Assembly: GCA_948466345.1 (NCBI GenBank)
Contig: CAOKAC010000003.1
Span: 140,812 to 204,811 of the forward strand
Source: an uncultured Clostridia bacterium
Lineage (GTDB): Bacteria > Bacillota > Clostridia > Oscillospirales > CAG-272
Reading direction: 5' to 3'
DNA: 64,000 nucleotides
Positions 9,382 through 18,464 of the stretch are shown one piece after another. The notes below the pieces were generated by a model that searched no databases, was not told where the DNA came from, and was given only the letters and a program-made list of their open reading frames with translations. The first letter of the stretch is position 1. The number at the start of each line of letters is the position of its first letter. Made by a program: the position numbers and the translations under genes.

Positions 9382-9410
9382 AGTATAACACAAATATTGA
9401 CACTTGTAAA
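9382..9410 (-). promoter_or_regulatory. sigma-A-type promoter of the preQ1-queT unit
   Basis: On the minus strand: TTTACA (9410-9405), 17-nt spacer, TATACT (9387-9382). Confidence 0.65.
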
Positions 9411-9411
9411 G

Positions 9412-10119
9412 CTATTTCATAGCTTCTATAAATTGAATACCGCCAAAGTCAGATAACGGTCCGTCCCAGAGCTCAACAATAGGGATTTTTTTCTTGCGGC
9501 AAAATTCTAGCAAAGCATGCCCTGTGCTGCAGCGCTTAGCCTGACCATATATATAAACGGTGTCTTTCCAGACCCCACCGCAGCCGCCGATAAAGCCTGT
9601 ATTATACCCCGAAAGCCGTATGTCCCCGCCCGGAACTTTATATATGGGGATCCCGATTCGTTCACCTGCACGACAAATTGATGGATCTGCCGTCACTAGC
9701 GTTCCGCCTATATATAAAGTAGAACATCCTGCATACCCTTGCTTTGTATCTGCTGCCAAATAGGGCAGCAATTCTGGCACAAGGGAAGAGCGGCGGGCGA
9801 TTACTTGCTGTCTATCAGGTAAAACCAGCGCATTTACCCCCACATCTAAAGGATATAGTGCTGCACGCGGTGCAGCTGTACAAATTAAATTCAGCTTGCA
9901 CAGTTCAAGAATTCTATCAATTACTTGATGTGCCAAGCAATAATATTCCCGATGGCAAAATAATTTGCCATCTAGAATGACAATTAACATATCTGGATGA
10001 TGTGCAACTGGTGGGGCTAGCTGGGGATCGGCTGGTAGTCTCAATATTTCAAAATTTTTAGAAAGTTTTTTCGCTGCAGCTGCGGGACAATTTTCACTAA
10101 TAATTGCGAGAACGGACAT
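9412..10119 (-). CDS. hypothetical protein (possibly a DUF6873-type amidinotransferase-fold protein)
   Basis: Start at MSVLAII (ATG 10119) behind GAGGTG. 235 aa, soluble, Cys in FIGGCGGVW near the C-terminal third. The family call is recollection only. Confidence 0.4.
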   Translation of the reverse strand: MSVLAIISENCPAAAAKKLSKNFEILRLPADPQLAPPVAHHPDMLIVILDGKLFCHREYYCLAHQVIDRILELCKLNLICTAAPRAALYPLDVGVNALVLPDRQQVIARRSSLVPELLPYLAADTKQGYAGCSTLYIGGTLVTADPSICRAGERIGIPIYKVPGGDIRLSGYNTGFIGGCGGVWKDTVYIYGQAKRCSTGHALLEFCRKKKIPIVELWDGPLSDFGGIQFIEAMK

Positions 10120-10180
10120 AATGTACACCTCTTTTCAAAACAAAAACTCCCGCCAGAAGGCGGGAGCAATGTGTCAACGA

Positions 10181-10366
10181 TTATGCACGTTCAACCTTGC
10201 CGGAACGCAAGCAGCGAGAGCAAACATGAACGGTTTTGTGTGTTCCCTGAACAACAGCACGCACTTTTCTAATGTTGGGTTTCCACATTCTGTTTGTTTT
10301 GCGGTTGGAATGAGAAACATTGTGACCAAACACAACGCCTTTGCCGCAGATTTCACATTTAGCCAT
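10181..10366 (-). CDS. rpmB: 50S ribosomal protein L28
   Basis: 61 aa, MAKCEICGKGVVFGHNVSHSNRKTNRMWKPNIRKV... is canonical L28. Confidence 0.95.
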   Translation of the reverse strand: MAKCEICGKGVVFGHNVSHSNRKTNRMWKPNIRKVRAVVQGTHKTVHVCSRCLRSGKVERA

Positions 10367-10488
10367 TTTCTACCTCCGTTTATATGGATCCATATAATCA
10401 AAATTCAACAGATAATATTTTATCATATATATTTGAGAATTGCAATACCTTTTGCAATTTTTTTACAGATTTTCATTGAATAATAAAT

Positions 10489-12117
10489 TCAATTTTTATA
10501 AATTTTTTTACAAATCTGTGCAAAGGAAAGTCCATATTTGTCAGCGATGTCTTTGGCATAACTTTTTCCATCCGGCTTTTTTCGAATTACACGAAAAGTC
10601 CTTCGGCCATCTTCAGCCACTTCTGCAACCATATTGTCGATGGGAACACCGCCTTTGGGAATACAAGTCTGATTTATTTGTTCTACGGCGGCCGCAAGAT
10701 CGTGCAGATGTGTTGAAAAAATCAGTCTGCATCCAACCATGCTGAACCCGGAAAGTACTTCGGATGCAATATATGCGCCTTCATAAGAACCTGTAGAGGA
10801 TAGTGACTCGTCCAATAATACCAGACTGTGCGCAGTAACCTTGTCAAAGATTGCATCCAGACGGGCGCATTCTTCTCCAAGTCGGCCTTTTTCTACAGTA
10901 TCTTCGCTTCCGGTAGGAAAATGCGTAAAAATACAGTCACAGGGACTGATAACGACCTTTTCTGCACAAACAGGAAGACCAAGCTGAGCCATAGCAAAAG
11001 CATGCCCTACAGAACAGGTTAGCACACTTTTACCGCCTCGGTTGGGGCCGGTGATTACATATATCATAGCGCTGCTGTCAAAGGTGATATCGTTGGAGAT
11101 TAAAGGAGAATCTGTTTTTGCAGAAATAACCGGGTTACAAAGTCCCTTTGCCTGAAATATATTTTCCGACATGTTTCGAATTTCCGGTACACATAAAGGA
11201 CAACCGCGTTCCTGCAGCTGTCGAATCAGAGCTGCCCCTTTTGTGACAAACTCAATCTCTGGTATCATATGCAGGAGAAAATCCGTATTGTCCAGAACAT
11301 AATATTGGACCGCACTCTTCCAAGAACGAATAGAAGTTTTAAATACATCGGCAATGGCGTTGTTAAAAGCGTTCATCATTGCCATTTGCTGATTTTCATT
11401 TTGTCCCTTATAAAAAGGAATCAAACTCGCAATACAGGTCATATCGTCGTTTTTAAAGTCCAAACGCATAACCTTGTCAAAAAATTCTCCACTTTTAAAC
11501 CGATCACTGTTTACTGATAATACTCCAGCAGATTCTGGAAACAAACGAGCATCTAGATTTACGCCAATGGTAACGCTACGGATATCTCGTACCCGCGATG
11601 CCAGACTGTTGAGCTTTTCTGTTAGATCTTTGTAATATTTGCTTTCTGTTAGTAACGAAATTCGTTCTATAAGATTTTGCAGTGCAGGCGAATGGACTCG
11701 GTCTTTGAAGGGGAGCAGTTCTTTTTGCAGCATAGACATCAATGAAGTATATATTTCAATTTCAGATATACTATATAAATAACTGTCGCCCACGGCAGTG
11801 TTAGAATACATTTTGCGCAGTTCTGTAATATCATATAGAAAGGGAAGCATGCGAACAAGGACATCACACAGTGCTGAATGCGCCGTGAGGTCAGCAAAAG
11901 TTTTTTGACGGTACTGGATTACTTGCACATCTGTTGTAAAAAAACTTCCGATATCGCTGGAGGAAAGCTCGATGAGTCTATACAATTCCAGCTGTTCGGC
12001 GCTGTCATTTGGCAGGCCATATGAAGATCGATAGGATGCGGACCGCGTCTGTGCATCTGGATACAGCAAGCTGATATCGGACAACATTGTCGTCAAGTCT
12101 TTTTCATTTTTGTCCAT
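10489..12117 (-). CDS. MutS-related ATPase (MutS domain V only; no mismatch-binding or Smr domain)
   Basis: Start MDKNEKDL (ATG 12117). Walker A GPNRGGKSV, Walker B LVLLDESLSSTG and STHLHDL are typical of the MutS ABC-ATPase domain. The N-terminal ~330 aa are unrecognisable. Confidence 0.7.
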   Translation of the reverse strand: MDKNEKDLTTMLSDISLLYPDAQTRSASYRSSYGLPNDSAEQLELYRLIELSSSDIGSFFTTDVQVIQYRQKTFADLTAHSALCDVLVRMLPFLYDITELRKMYSNTAVGDSYLYSISEIEIYTSLMSMLQKELLPFKDRVHSPALQNLIERISLLTESKYYKDLTEKLNSLASRVRDIRSVTIGVNLDARLFPESAGVLSVNSDRFKSGEFFDKVMRLDFKNDDMTCIASLIPFYKGQNENQQMAMMNAFNNAIADVFKTSIRSWKSAVQYYVLDNTDFLLHMIPEIEFVTKGAALIRQLQERGCPLCVPEIRNMSENIFQAKGLCNPVISAKTDSPLISNDITFDSSAMIYVITGPNRGGKSVLTCSVGHAFAMAQLGLPVCAEKVVISPCDCIFTHFPTGSEDTVEKGRLGEECARLDAIFDKVTAHSLVLLDESLSSTGSYEGAYIASEVLSGFSMVGCRLIFSTHLHDLAAAVEQINQTCIPKGGVPIDNMVAEVAEDGRRTFRVIRKKPDGKSYAKDIADKYGLSFAQICKKIYKN

Positions 12118-12355
12118 GTTTATTCCTGCCTTTCTAACTATAATATTAAGATACCACAAATCCATATAAATAGAAATAGATTTCATGGAAAATTAAAATT
12201 TACGTCAAATATTTTGTCAAATAAATGTATAAATTTCGTTGCAGAATATTCGCCATTGTGATATAATACAAATATGGGATTTTACATATTATTTCAAAGA
12301 AAATTTGAATAGAAAATAAACCTATGGAAAGGAACCGGATATACCGGGAGAAACC

Positions 12356-13813
12356 ATGAAAAAAACACTTGCTTTTCTTGCATTGATACTTGTTTTTTCA
12401 ATGCTTTGGCTGGCTGGATGTGATGAAGATAAAAAAAGCAAAGATACTACCCAGACTGAAGAAGAAACTACAGAAGAAACGACAGAAGCAGATACCACGG
12501 AACTAGAAACGACGGAAGCAGAATCTGTGGAGGAACAGACAACTGAAGAAACAGCCAAGGAAACAGATTCTATGGCGGCGGGGACCCCCGATACTTGGGT
12601 CGATACTTCTTGGAGCGACGGAGAACTTTCCGGTGGAGGAGAGCTGTATAATGGTGGGGATCCTTCGGGCGGTAATGAGAATACACCAGGAAATGGATTT
12701 ACTGGAAATGGGAGCAGCGGCGAAAATATTGGACCGGTTGAAACGCCTACAGGTAAAGTTTTAATTCATACATATTCTGACAGGCCGGTAGCTAGGGATG
12801 AGGATAATTCTACCACGGTGCCTTATTTGCCAATGATTAGCAGCACAGTTTTGCCTTCTATGAATGAAATGTATAATGTGCCAAGATTGCTAATGAAGGA
12901 TATAAAGCCCGGGATGGTTTGTGAGAATGTAATTATTGGTTATGACGATTATATGTTTTATGAAGATACATTAAATGATTTTATTGGATCAGGATTTTTA
13001 ACAGATACTGTGTATAACCGTGCAGTTAAGACTTTGATAGAACGCAACAATTGGGCTGAGTCTCACGGAAAGAAATTTTATTTTGTGATTGCTCCTAATA
13101 AAAATACCGTATACCCAGACTACATGCCGGAAGGGTATACTATGGCGTCTTATAGAAGATACGATCAGTTTGTAGAAATGCTGCAAAGCGCAGGAATTAC
13201 AGCGGTGGATCTGCGCGGGACTATGGCTGCAGCAGTGCGGGAGGTGCCAGAACGGAATTTGTATTATAAATATGATACCCATTGGAACAACCACGCTGGT
13301 TACTTTGCTTATCGAGCCGCAATGGATATGATACGTGCAGATTTCCCCAATGTAGTGATTCATGATAAGAGCGAATATCAAATCAATTATTGCGAAACCT
13401 ATATGAAGGACATGGCGTACTATTTGGGATATTACAGTCGTCTAAAAGATTACGGCCCGGTTTATACACTGAAAAGCGGCAGAACTGCACAGCTAGCAAA
13501 TTATACGCCTAAAAGCGCATGGGGACAGTTTGCTTTTGCTTATGAGGGGCCGGATGGATATAGCGATAGGCTGTACTATTTCCAGTATTTGAATAATTAC
13601 AATCAAAGTGCGCCGAATGCATATATTATGCGTGACTCTTATAGTATCGCAATGGTACCTTTTTTGAAAGATAGCTTTTACAAAAGCACCTATAACTGGA
13701 CCTTTAGCTTTAGTGAAAGTGAGATTTTAAAGGCGGATGCCGATGTTATTATGGTAATTGTGGCTGAACGGAATTTGCGCAGCTATGTCAATGGTGAGGC
13801 CGTAGCAAACTAA
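12356..13813 (+). CDS. lipoprotein with AlgJ/AlgX-like (DHHW-type) SGNH acyltransferase/esterase domain
   Basis: Lipobox LWLAGCDE, a T/E-rich low-complexity linker, then FYFVIAPNKNTVYPDYMP and YYKYDTHWNNHAGY motifs typical of AlgJ/AlgX-N-like O-acetyltransferases. Confidence 0.6.
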   Translation: MKKTLAFLALILVFSMLWLAGCDEDKKSKDTTQTEEETTEETTEADTTELETTEAESVEEQTTEETAKETDSMAAGTPDTWVDTSWSDGELSGGGELYNGGDPSGGNENTPGNGFTGNGSSGENIGPVETPTGKVLIHTYSDRPVARDEDNSTTVPYLPMISSTVLPSMNEMYNVPRLLMKDIKPGMVCENVIIGYDDYMFYEDTLNDFIGSGFLTDTVYNRAVKTLIERNNWAESHGKKFYFVIAPNKNTVYPDYMPEGYTMASYRRYDQFVEMLQSAGITAVDLRGTMAAAVREVPERNLYYKYDTHWNNHAGYFAYRAAMDMIRADFPNVVIHDKSEYQINYCETYMKDMAYYLGYYSRLKDYGPVYTLKSGRTAQLANYTPKSAWGQFAFAYEGPDGYSDRLYYFQYLNNYNQSAPNAYIMRDSYSIAMVPFLKDSFYKSTYNWTFSFSESEILKADADVIMVIVAERNLRSYVNGEAVAN

Positions 13814-13872
13814 TGATTCATGTCAAAGGCATATTTGTCTGGGCATAAAGACCAATGAAAAGAGGAAATAAT

Positions 13873-14439
13873 ATGAAAAAAATCAACTTGTTTCTTGTGC
13901 TGTCTCTGCTTGTTTGCTGCTTTGCAGGACTTGTAGGATGTGAAAAAACAGATGTGCCTAACACACCGGAGAAAAACATTAAGGTCACAGGTGAACTGTC
14001 CGATATCGTTTCGGCAGTGGATGAGAAAATTTCTTTTGAAAAAAATGTCAGTGAAGTGATTTACAAAGCAGAAGACGATAGCGAAATGATGATGCTTCTG
14101 TATGGTGTAGTGGATATACCTGCGGCAGATCATTTAATAGATTATGTAATAACAAGTCCCGCAAATACCCATCACACCTTTGCTGTGTTTGTTTTTGATG
14201 ATGAAATGACTGAAGACGATTTTACGCAGGTACGCGAAACGGTTAACGAAACTTATATGCAAACCCGTGCGTCCTCCTTACAAATGTATTTTCCGGAAGA
14301 ATATGCGACCATGACCTGGGCTATAGACAATCCGGATCTGGTGTGGAGACAGTACGACAATGCGCTGGTACTGATTATCAATGGAGACGAAGAACCAACC
14401 GGAGCTTTTGAAGCTTTTGAAGCTGCTGCACTGAAGTAA
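13873..14439 (+). CDS. putative lipoprotein, unknown function
   Basis: ATG 13873 behind GAGGA. Signal peptide with lipobox (LLVCCFAGLVGCEK). Confidence 0.55.
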   Translation: MKKINLFLVLSLLVCCFAGLVGCEKTDVPNTPEKNIKVTGELSDIVSAVDEKISFEKNVSEVIYKAEDDSEMMMLLYGVVDIPAADHLIDYVITSPANTHHTFAVFVFDDEMTEDDFTQVRETVNETYMQTRASSLQMYFPEEYATMTWAIDNPDLVWRQYDNALVLIINGDEEPTGAFEAFEAAALK

Positions 14440-14470
14440 ATAAAGGCTGCATATATTATGCAGCCTTTAT
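14440..14470. terminator. bidirectional intrinsic terminator
   Basis: Perfect 14-bp inverted repeat ATAAAGGCTGCATA / TATGCAGCCTTTAT between convergent genes. Confidence 0.75.
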
Positions 14471-15388
14471 TTATATTTCACCGCACAGACGGGCAGTGAG
14501 AAATTTATAAAATTTTTCTTTATCCTTCCAAGAAACGGCACAGTCCATCATTTTACCACGCATAGGATCAATGAGTGAGAGCCCTTTGTCACTTACATAT
14601 ACAGGGAGTTTTTGATAGTTCAGCAGGTCTTTTGAAATAAGTGCATATACACCTACCGTATCAAAGAGTCCAGATGTAGGTCCATGATAATTATAGTTCA
14701 TATTTTTGAACCAGATATCTGTGTTTTCCACAAGTGCGGCCATCAAAGGATCGTTTGCAGCTGTCTCACGGATATGATCAAAATACTCCGTTTCTAAAAT
14801 CGTGAACCCGGAAACATCCAGGGGAATCAGTTCTACTTCCCAGTCATTTTGTTCCACACCAATCCGATATGCGTCAATACTGACGTTAATGTTGCTTTCT
14901 GTTCCCAGAGGGGGATACCAACCTTTCACAGCTCCGTTGTACAGGTTAGCGCCAAGAAATACAAGACGGCTTTTTTCCACGATGCGGGGTTCTTTTTGTA
15001 TTGCCGCAGCCAGATTTGTGCAGGGACCGATAGCCAGCACTGTAATTTTTTCGTCAGAGTGCATGATAAGATCTACCATGGCTGCAACACCGTCTTCATG
15101 AAGATTGGGATAGGAGGACAGCTCGTAATCTTCTACCCAATCTAGAATGTTGCTGCATCCTTCCAGACTGCCGGTTCCGTGTACACCCACACCAACCGGA
15201 ACATCCTCTCTGCCGGCAATCTGCAGCATTTTTGCTGCCAGCTTTGCCTGATATGTAGTGTCGAAGGCTGCGGAGACAACCATACGCAAATCAATTTCCG
15301 GACTGCGCAGGATCATAGCAAGCGCCCAGGTATCATCGATATCACAGCCGATATCTGTGTCTAATATAAGGGGAACAGGTTTCTTCAT
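14471..15388 (-). CDS. nucleoside hydrolase (inosine/uridine-preferring family)
   Basis: N-terminal ILDTDIGCDIDDTWALAMIL (DxDxxxDD Ca-binding motif), about 305 aa. Confidence 0.85.
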   Translation of the reverse strand: MKKPVPLILDTDIGCDIDDTWALAMILRSPEIDLRMVVSAAFDTTYQAKLAAKMLQIAGREDVPVGVGVHGTGSLEGCSNILDWVEDYELSSYPNLHEDGVAAMVDLIMHSDEKITVLAIGPCTNLAAAIQKEPRIVEKSRLVFLGANLYNGAVKGWYPPLGTESNINVSIDAYRIGVEQNDWEVELIPLDVSGFTILETEYFDHIRETAANDPLMAALVENTDIWFKNMNYNYHGPTSGLFDTVGVYALISKDLLNYQKLPVYVSDKGLSLIDPMRGKMMDCAVSWKDKEKFYKFLTARLCGEI

Positions 15389-15514
15389 AATAGGATCCTT
15401 TCCATTGCAAATAATACAATACGCTTATTCTATCATATTTTATCCAAATTGTATATGGATTTTTTTCATTTTTCCGTATACGCATAAATTTCTTAAAAAA
15501 ATATAAAAAATCCG

Positions 15515-15543
15515 TTGACAAGATTGTTTTTGGATGCTATAAT
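15515..15543 (+). promoter_or_regulatory. sigma-A-type promoter of the T-box leader
   Basis: TTGACA (15515-15520), 17-nt spacer, TATAAT (15538-15543). Confidence 0.75.
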
Positions 15544-15552
15544 ACTAAAAAA

Positions 15553-15808
15553 GCGTGGAAGGGGACCCCCGTTCCAATGCGCAAGATGCAGAGAGACGCT
15601 GGTTGGTGAAAAGCGTTGCTTGTGTGGAACTACTCGCCCCTGAGCTGTCGGCTGAAATTTTTTTAGTAGGCCAGACCGGAACCCTCCGTTATCTTAGGGA
15701 AGGGCATGTAGTGCCTAATGAGTGGACGCATGATTTGCGTCAATAAGAGTGGTACCGCGGAAGCTATGCTTTCGTCTCTTGCTTTAGTGCAGAGACGAAA
15801 GCTTTTTT
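15553..15808 (+). promoter_or_regulatory. T-box riboswitch leader (probable Leu, CUC specifier)
   Basis: K-turn GCGUGGAAGGGG / CCCCUGAGC. AG bulge AGAGAG (15590-15595). Distal loop GGUUGGUGAAA. Specifier loop 3' side UA-CUC-G (CUC 15633-15635). T-box sequence AAUAAGAGUGGUACCGCGG (15743-15760). Terminator GCTTTCGTCTCT / AGAGACGAAAGC + TTTTTT (15768-15808). Confidence 0.85.
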
Positions 15809-15883
15809 ATTTGCATTTTTCCAGGTAATCGTCTCTGATCAATACTTTGAAAAAATTATTGAGGAGAAAGGTAGAATGATTTT

Positions 15884-18415
15884 ATGAAACTCGCATTTTC
15901 TACATTAGGTTGTCCGAATTTTAGCTGGCCTGATATTTACGCTATGGCGAAAGATGTCGGCTTTAGCGGCATTGAACTCAGAGGTCTTGGCGATGAAATT
16001 TTTTCTGTTCACGCGGAGCCCTTTAGTGAAGAAAATATTGAGAAGACCAAAGAAAAACTGAAAAAATTACATTTGGAAATTCCGTGTCTTTCTTCCGGCT
16101 GCGCTCTGCGCTTTGCAGAACATTTGGAAGAAAACGTGCAAGAGATTGGTGAATATATTCGTCTGGCGAAACAGCTTGGAACTCCCTATATCCGTATTTT
16201 AGGAGACCGCACTGCAGAAGTTACAACAGATTTTGATGATACTGTAGTGGTAGAAGCTTTGCGGAGGCTGGCGCCGCAGGCGGAAGCTGCGGGGGTCATG
16301 CTGCTTGTGGAGACAAACGGTGTATATACAGATACACAGCGTTTATGCTCCGTGCTCAACGCGGTAGAAAGTGATGCGGTGGGAGCTCTTTGGGATATGC
16401 ATCATCCTTATCGATTTGGCGGAGAAAAGCCACAGCAGACGATTCAAAATCTTGGCGCGTATATTAAATATACCCATATCAAAGATTCTGTTATGAACGG
16501 CGAAATAGTAGAGTATCGAATGATGGGAGAAGGGAATCTTCCTATTTCTGACTTTCTGGCGGCGCTCCGTTCTATCAATTATGAGGGGTACATTTCTCTG
16601 GAGTGGCTCAAACGCTATATGCCCGATTTGGAGTCCTCCGGAATCGTATTCCCGCATTTTGTAAACTACATGCAGCAGTACATCGGTTCTTCCGACATGG
16701 CGGGCAGATTGCAGACCAGTGCTAGAGGCGATGGAAAATATGTATGGCCCAAAGAAAGACTGATTGATCTGACTTTTCCCCAGGTGCTGGATCGTATGTG
16801 TGACGAGTTCCCGAATCAGTATGCATTCCGATATACCACCTGCGATTATACCAGAACATACAGCCAGTTCCGAGAAGACGTGGATAATTTTGCCCGGTCC
16901 CTTATTGGTATGGGTGTCAAACAGGGAGATCATGTAGCAATTTGGGCGACAAACGTACCTGCGTGGTATATTACCTTTTGGGCGACAGTGAAAATCGGCG
17001 CTGTGCTTGTAACAGTTAATACCGCGTATAAGATCCATGAACTGGAATATTTGCTTCGTCAATCAGATACACATACTCTTGTTATGGTGGACAGCTATAA
17101 AGACTCCGATTATGTGAAAATCATCAACGAATTGTGTCCGGAACTGCAGACCGCAAAGAAGGGAGCCCCCCTGCGGATTAAGAAATTGCCATTCTTACGC
17201 AATATTATTACCTGTGAGTCTGACCAGAAGGGATGTTGGAATTGGGAAGAGGCTTTAGCGGCAGGAGAGAGTGTGCCTGTCAGCGAAGTATATCGTCGTG
17301 CGTCTATGATCAGCAAGCATGATGTATGTAATATGCAGTATACCTCCGGTACAACCGGGTTTCCCAAGGGCGTCATGCTTACCCATTATAATGTGGTAAA
17401 TAACGGCAAAGCAATTGGAGACTGTATGGATTTATCTACAGCAGACCGGATGATGATTCAGGTGCCAATGTTCCACTGTTTCGGTATGGTGTTGGCTATG
17501 ACCGCATCTATGACGCATGGTGTCACTATGAGTCCGATTCCTGCATTTTCTCCCAGCAAGGGACTGGCCTGTATTACAAAGGAGAAAATCACTTGTTTTC
17601 ATGGTGTGCCTACTATGTTTATCGCTATGCTTGGGCATGCTGACTTTGAAAAAACGGATTTCAGTCACATGCGTACCGGCATTATGGCCGGCAGCCCTTG
17701 TCCCATTAAGGTAATGGAGCAGGTAATCGAAAAAATGCATATGAGCGAGATCTGTATCACATATGGGCAGACCGAGGCGTCTCCGGCAACAACGATGTCT
17801 AAAATTACAGATTCTATTGAAACCAGAGTAAACACGGTGGGAAGTCCTATCTTTGGCGTAGAATGCAAAATTGTAGATCCGGAAACGGGTGAAGAGCTTC
17901 CCGACAATGTGGACGGTGAATTTGTGGCCAGAGGCTATAATATCATGAAAGGATATTATAAAATGCCTGAAGCTACTGCTGCTGCAATTGATGCAGACGG
18001 CTGGCTCCATTCCGGGGATATGCTGCGTCGTCTGCCGGATGGGAACTACAAAGTAACCGGCCGCTTAAAGGATATGATTATTCGCGGCGGAGAAAATATT
18101 TATCCAAAAGAAATTGAAGATTTTATTTATACCCACCCGAAGGTAAACGATGTGCAGGTGATTGGTGTTCCCGACAAGGATTACGGAGAAGAGATCATGG
18201 CCTGCGTCATTCTGAAGGAGGGTGAGACATCTACAGAAGAAGAGATCAAGGCATATGTACGGGATCATATGGCAAAGCACAAAACGCCCCGATATGTGGC
18301 TTTTGTAGATGCGTTCCCCATGAATGCGGCGGGTAAAATCCTTAAGTATAAAATGCGCGAGGATGCGGTGAAGCTGCTGAATCTTACAGATGCTAGCAAG
18401 ATTGTAACGGCATAA
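15884..18415 (+). CDS. fusion protein: xylose-isomerase-like TIM-barrel (AP endonuclease 2 family) domain + AMP-forming acyl-CoA synthetase
   Basis: Single 843-aa ORF. aa 1-~270 (MKLAFSTLGCPNFSW...YISLEW) look like sugar-phosphate isomerase/epimerase TIM barrels. aa ~290-843 carry adenylate-forming motifs (MQYTSGTTGFPKGVMLTH, YGQTE, GWLHSGD, IIRGGENIYPKEIE). Confidence 0.85.
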   Translation: MKLAFSTLGCPNFSWPDIYAMAKDVGFSGIELRGLGDEIFSVHAEPFSEENIEKTKEKLKKLHLEIPCLSSGCALRFAEHLEENVQEIGEYIRLAKQLGTPYIRILGDRTAEVTTDFDDTVVVEALRRLAPQAEAAGVMLLVETNGVYTDTQRLCSVLNAVESDAVGALWDMHHPYRFGGEKPQQTIQNLGAYIKYTHIKDSVMNGEIVEYRMMGEGNLPISDFLAALRSINYEGYISLEWLKRYMPDLESSGIVFPHFVNYMQQYIGSSDMAGRLQTSARGDGKYVWPKERLIDLTFPQVLDRMCDEFPNQYAFRYTTCDYTRTYSQFREDVDNFARSLIGMGVKQGDHVAIWATNVPAWYITFWATVKIGAVLVTVNTAYKIHELEYLLRQSDTHTLVMVDSYKDSDYVKIINELCPELQTAKKGAPLRIKKLPFLRNIITCESDQKGCWNWEEALAAGESVPVSEVYRRASMISKHDVCNMQYTSGTTGFPKGVMLTHYNVVNNGKAIGDCMDLSTADRMMIQVPMFHCFGMVLAMTASMTHGVTMSPIPAFSPSKGLACITKEKITCFHGVPTMFIAMLGHADFEKTDFSHMRTGIMAGSPCPIKVMEQVIEKMHMSEICITYGQTEASPATTMSKITDSIETRVNTVGSPIFGVECKIVDPETGEELPDNVDGEFVARGYNIMKGYYKMPEATAAAIDADGWLHSGDMLRRLPDGNYKVTGRLKDMIIRGGENIYPKEIEDFIYTHPKVNDVQVIGVPDKDYGEEIMACVILKEGETSTEEEIKAYVRDHMAKHKTPRYVAFVDAFPMNAAGKILKYKMREDAVKLLNLTDASKIVTA

Positions 18416-18420
18416 AAATA

Positions 18421-18457
18421 AAAAAAGGCCTGTCAAAATTTATGACAGGCCTTTTTT
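18421..18457. terminator. bidirectional intrinsic terminator
   Basis: AAAAAAGGCCTGTCA / TGACAGGCCTTTTTT, a perfect hairpin with an A-run and a T-run. Confidence 0.8.
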
Positions 18458-18464
18458 AGTATGA

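Noticed and set aside
15625-15636. Alternative T-box specifier readings UAC (Tyr), ACU (Thr) or CUA (Leu) in GGAACUACUCG
   Set aside because: Only CUC sits at the 3' end of the loop, followed by a purine and directly abutting the K-turn-proximal helix CCCCU. The other registers need a pyrimidine after the codon or leave extra unpaired bases. They are kept as a caveat because the S-turn is non-canonical.
15555-15746. 63-aa ORF (MEGDPRSNAQDAERRW...)
   Set aside because: It lies entirely inside the T-box leader (Stem I to the T-box sequence). That RNA structure explains the region, and the ORF has no RBS.
16343-18010. 239-aa and 192-aa minus-strand ORFs inside the fusion gene
   Set aside because: They are antisense to a CDS with unambiguous adenylate-forming motifs and have no recognisable motifs of their own.
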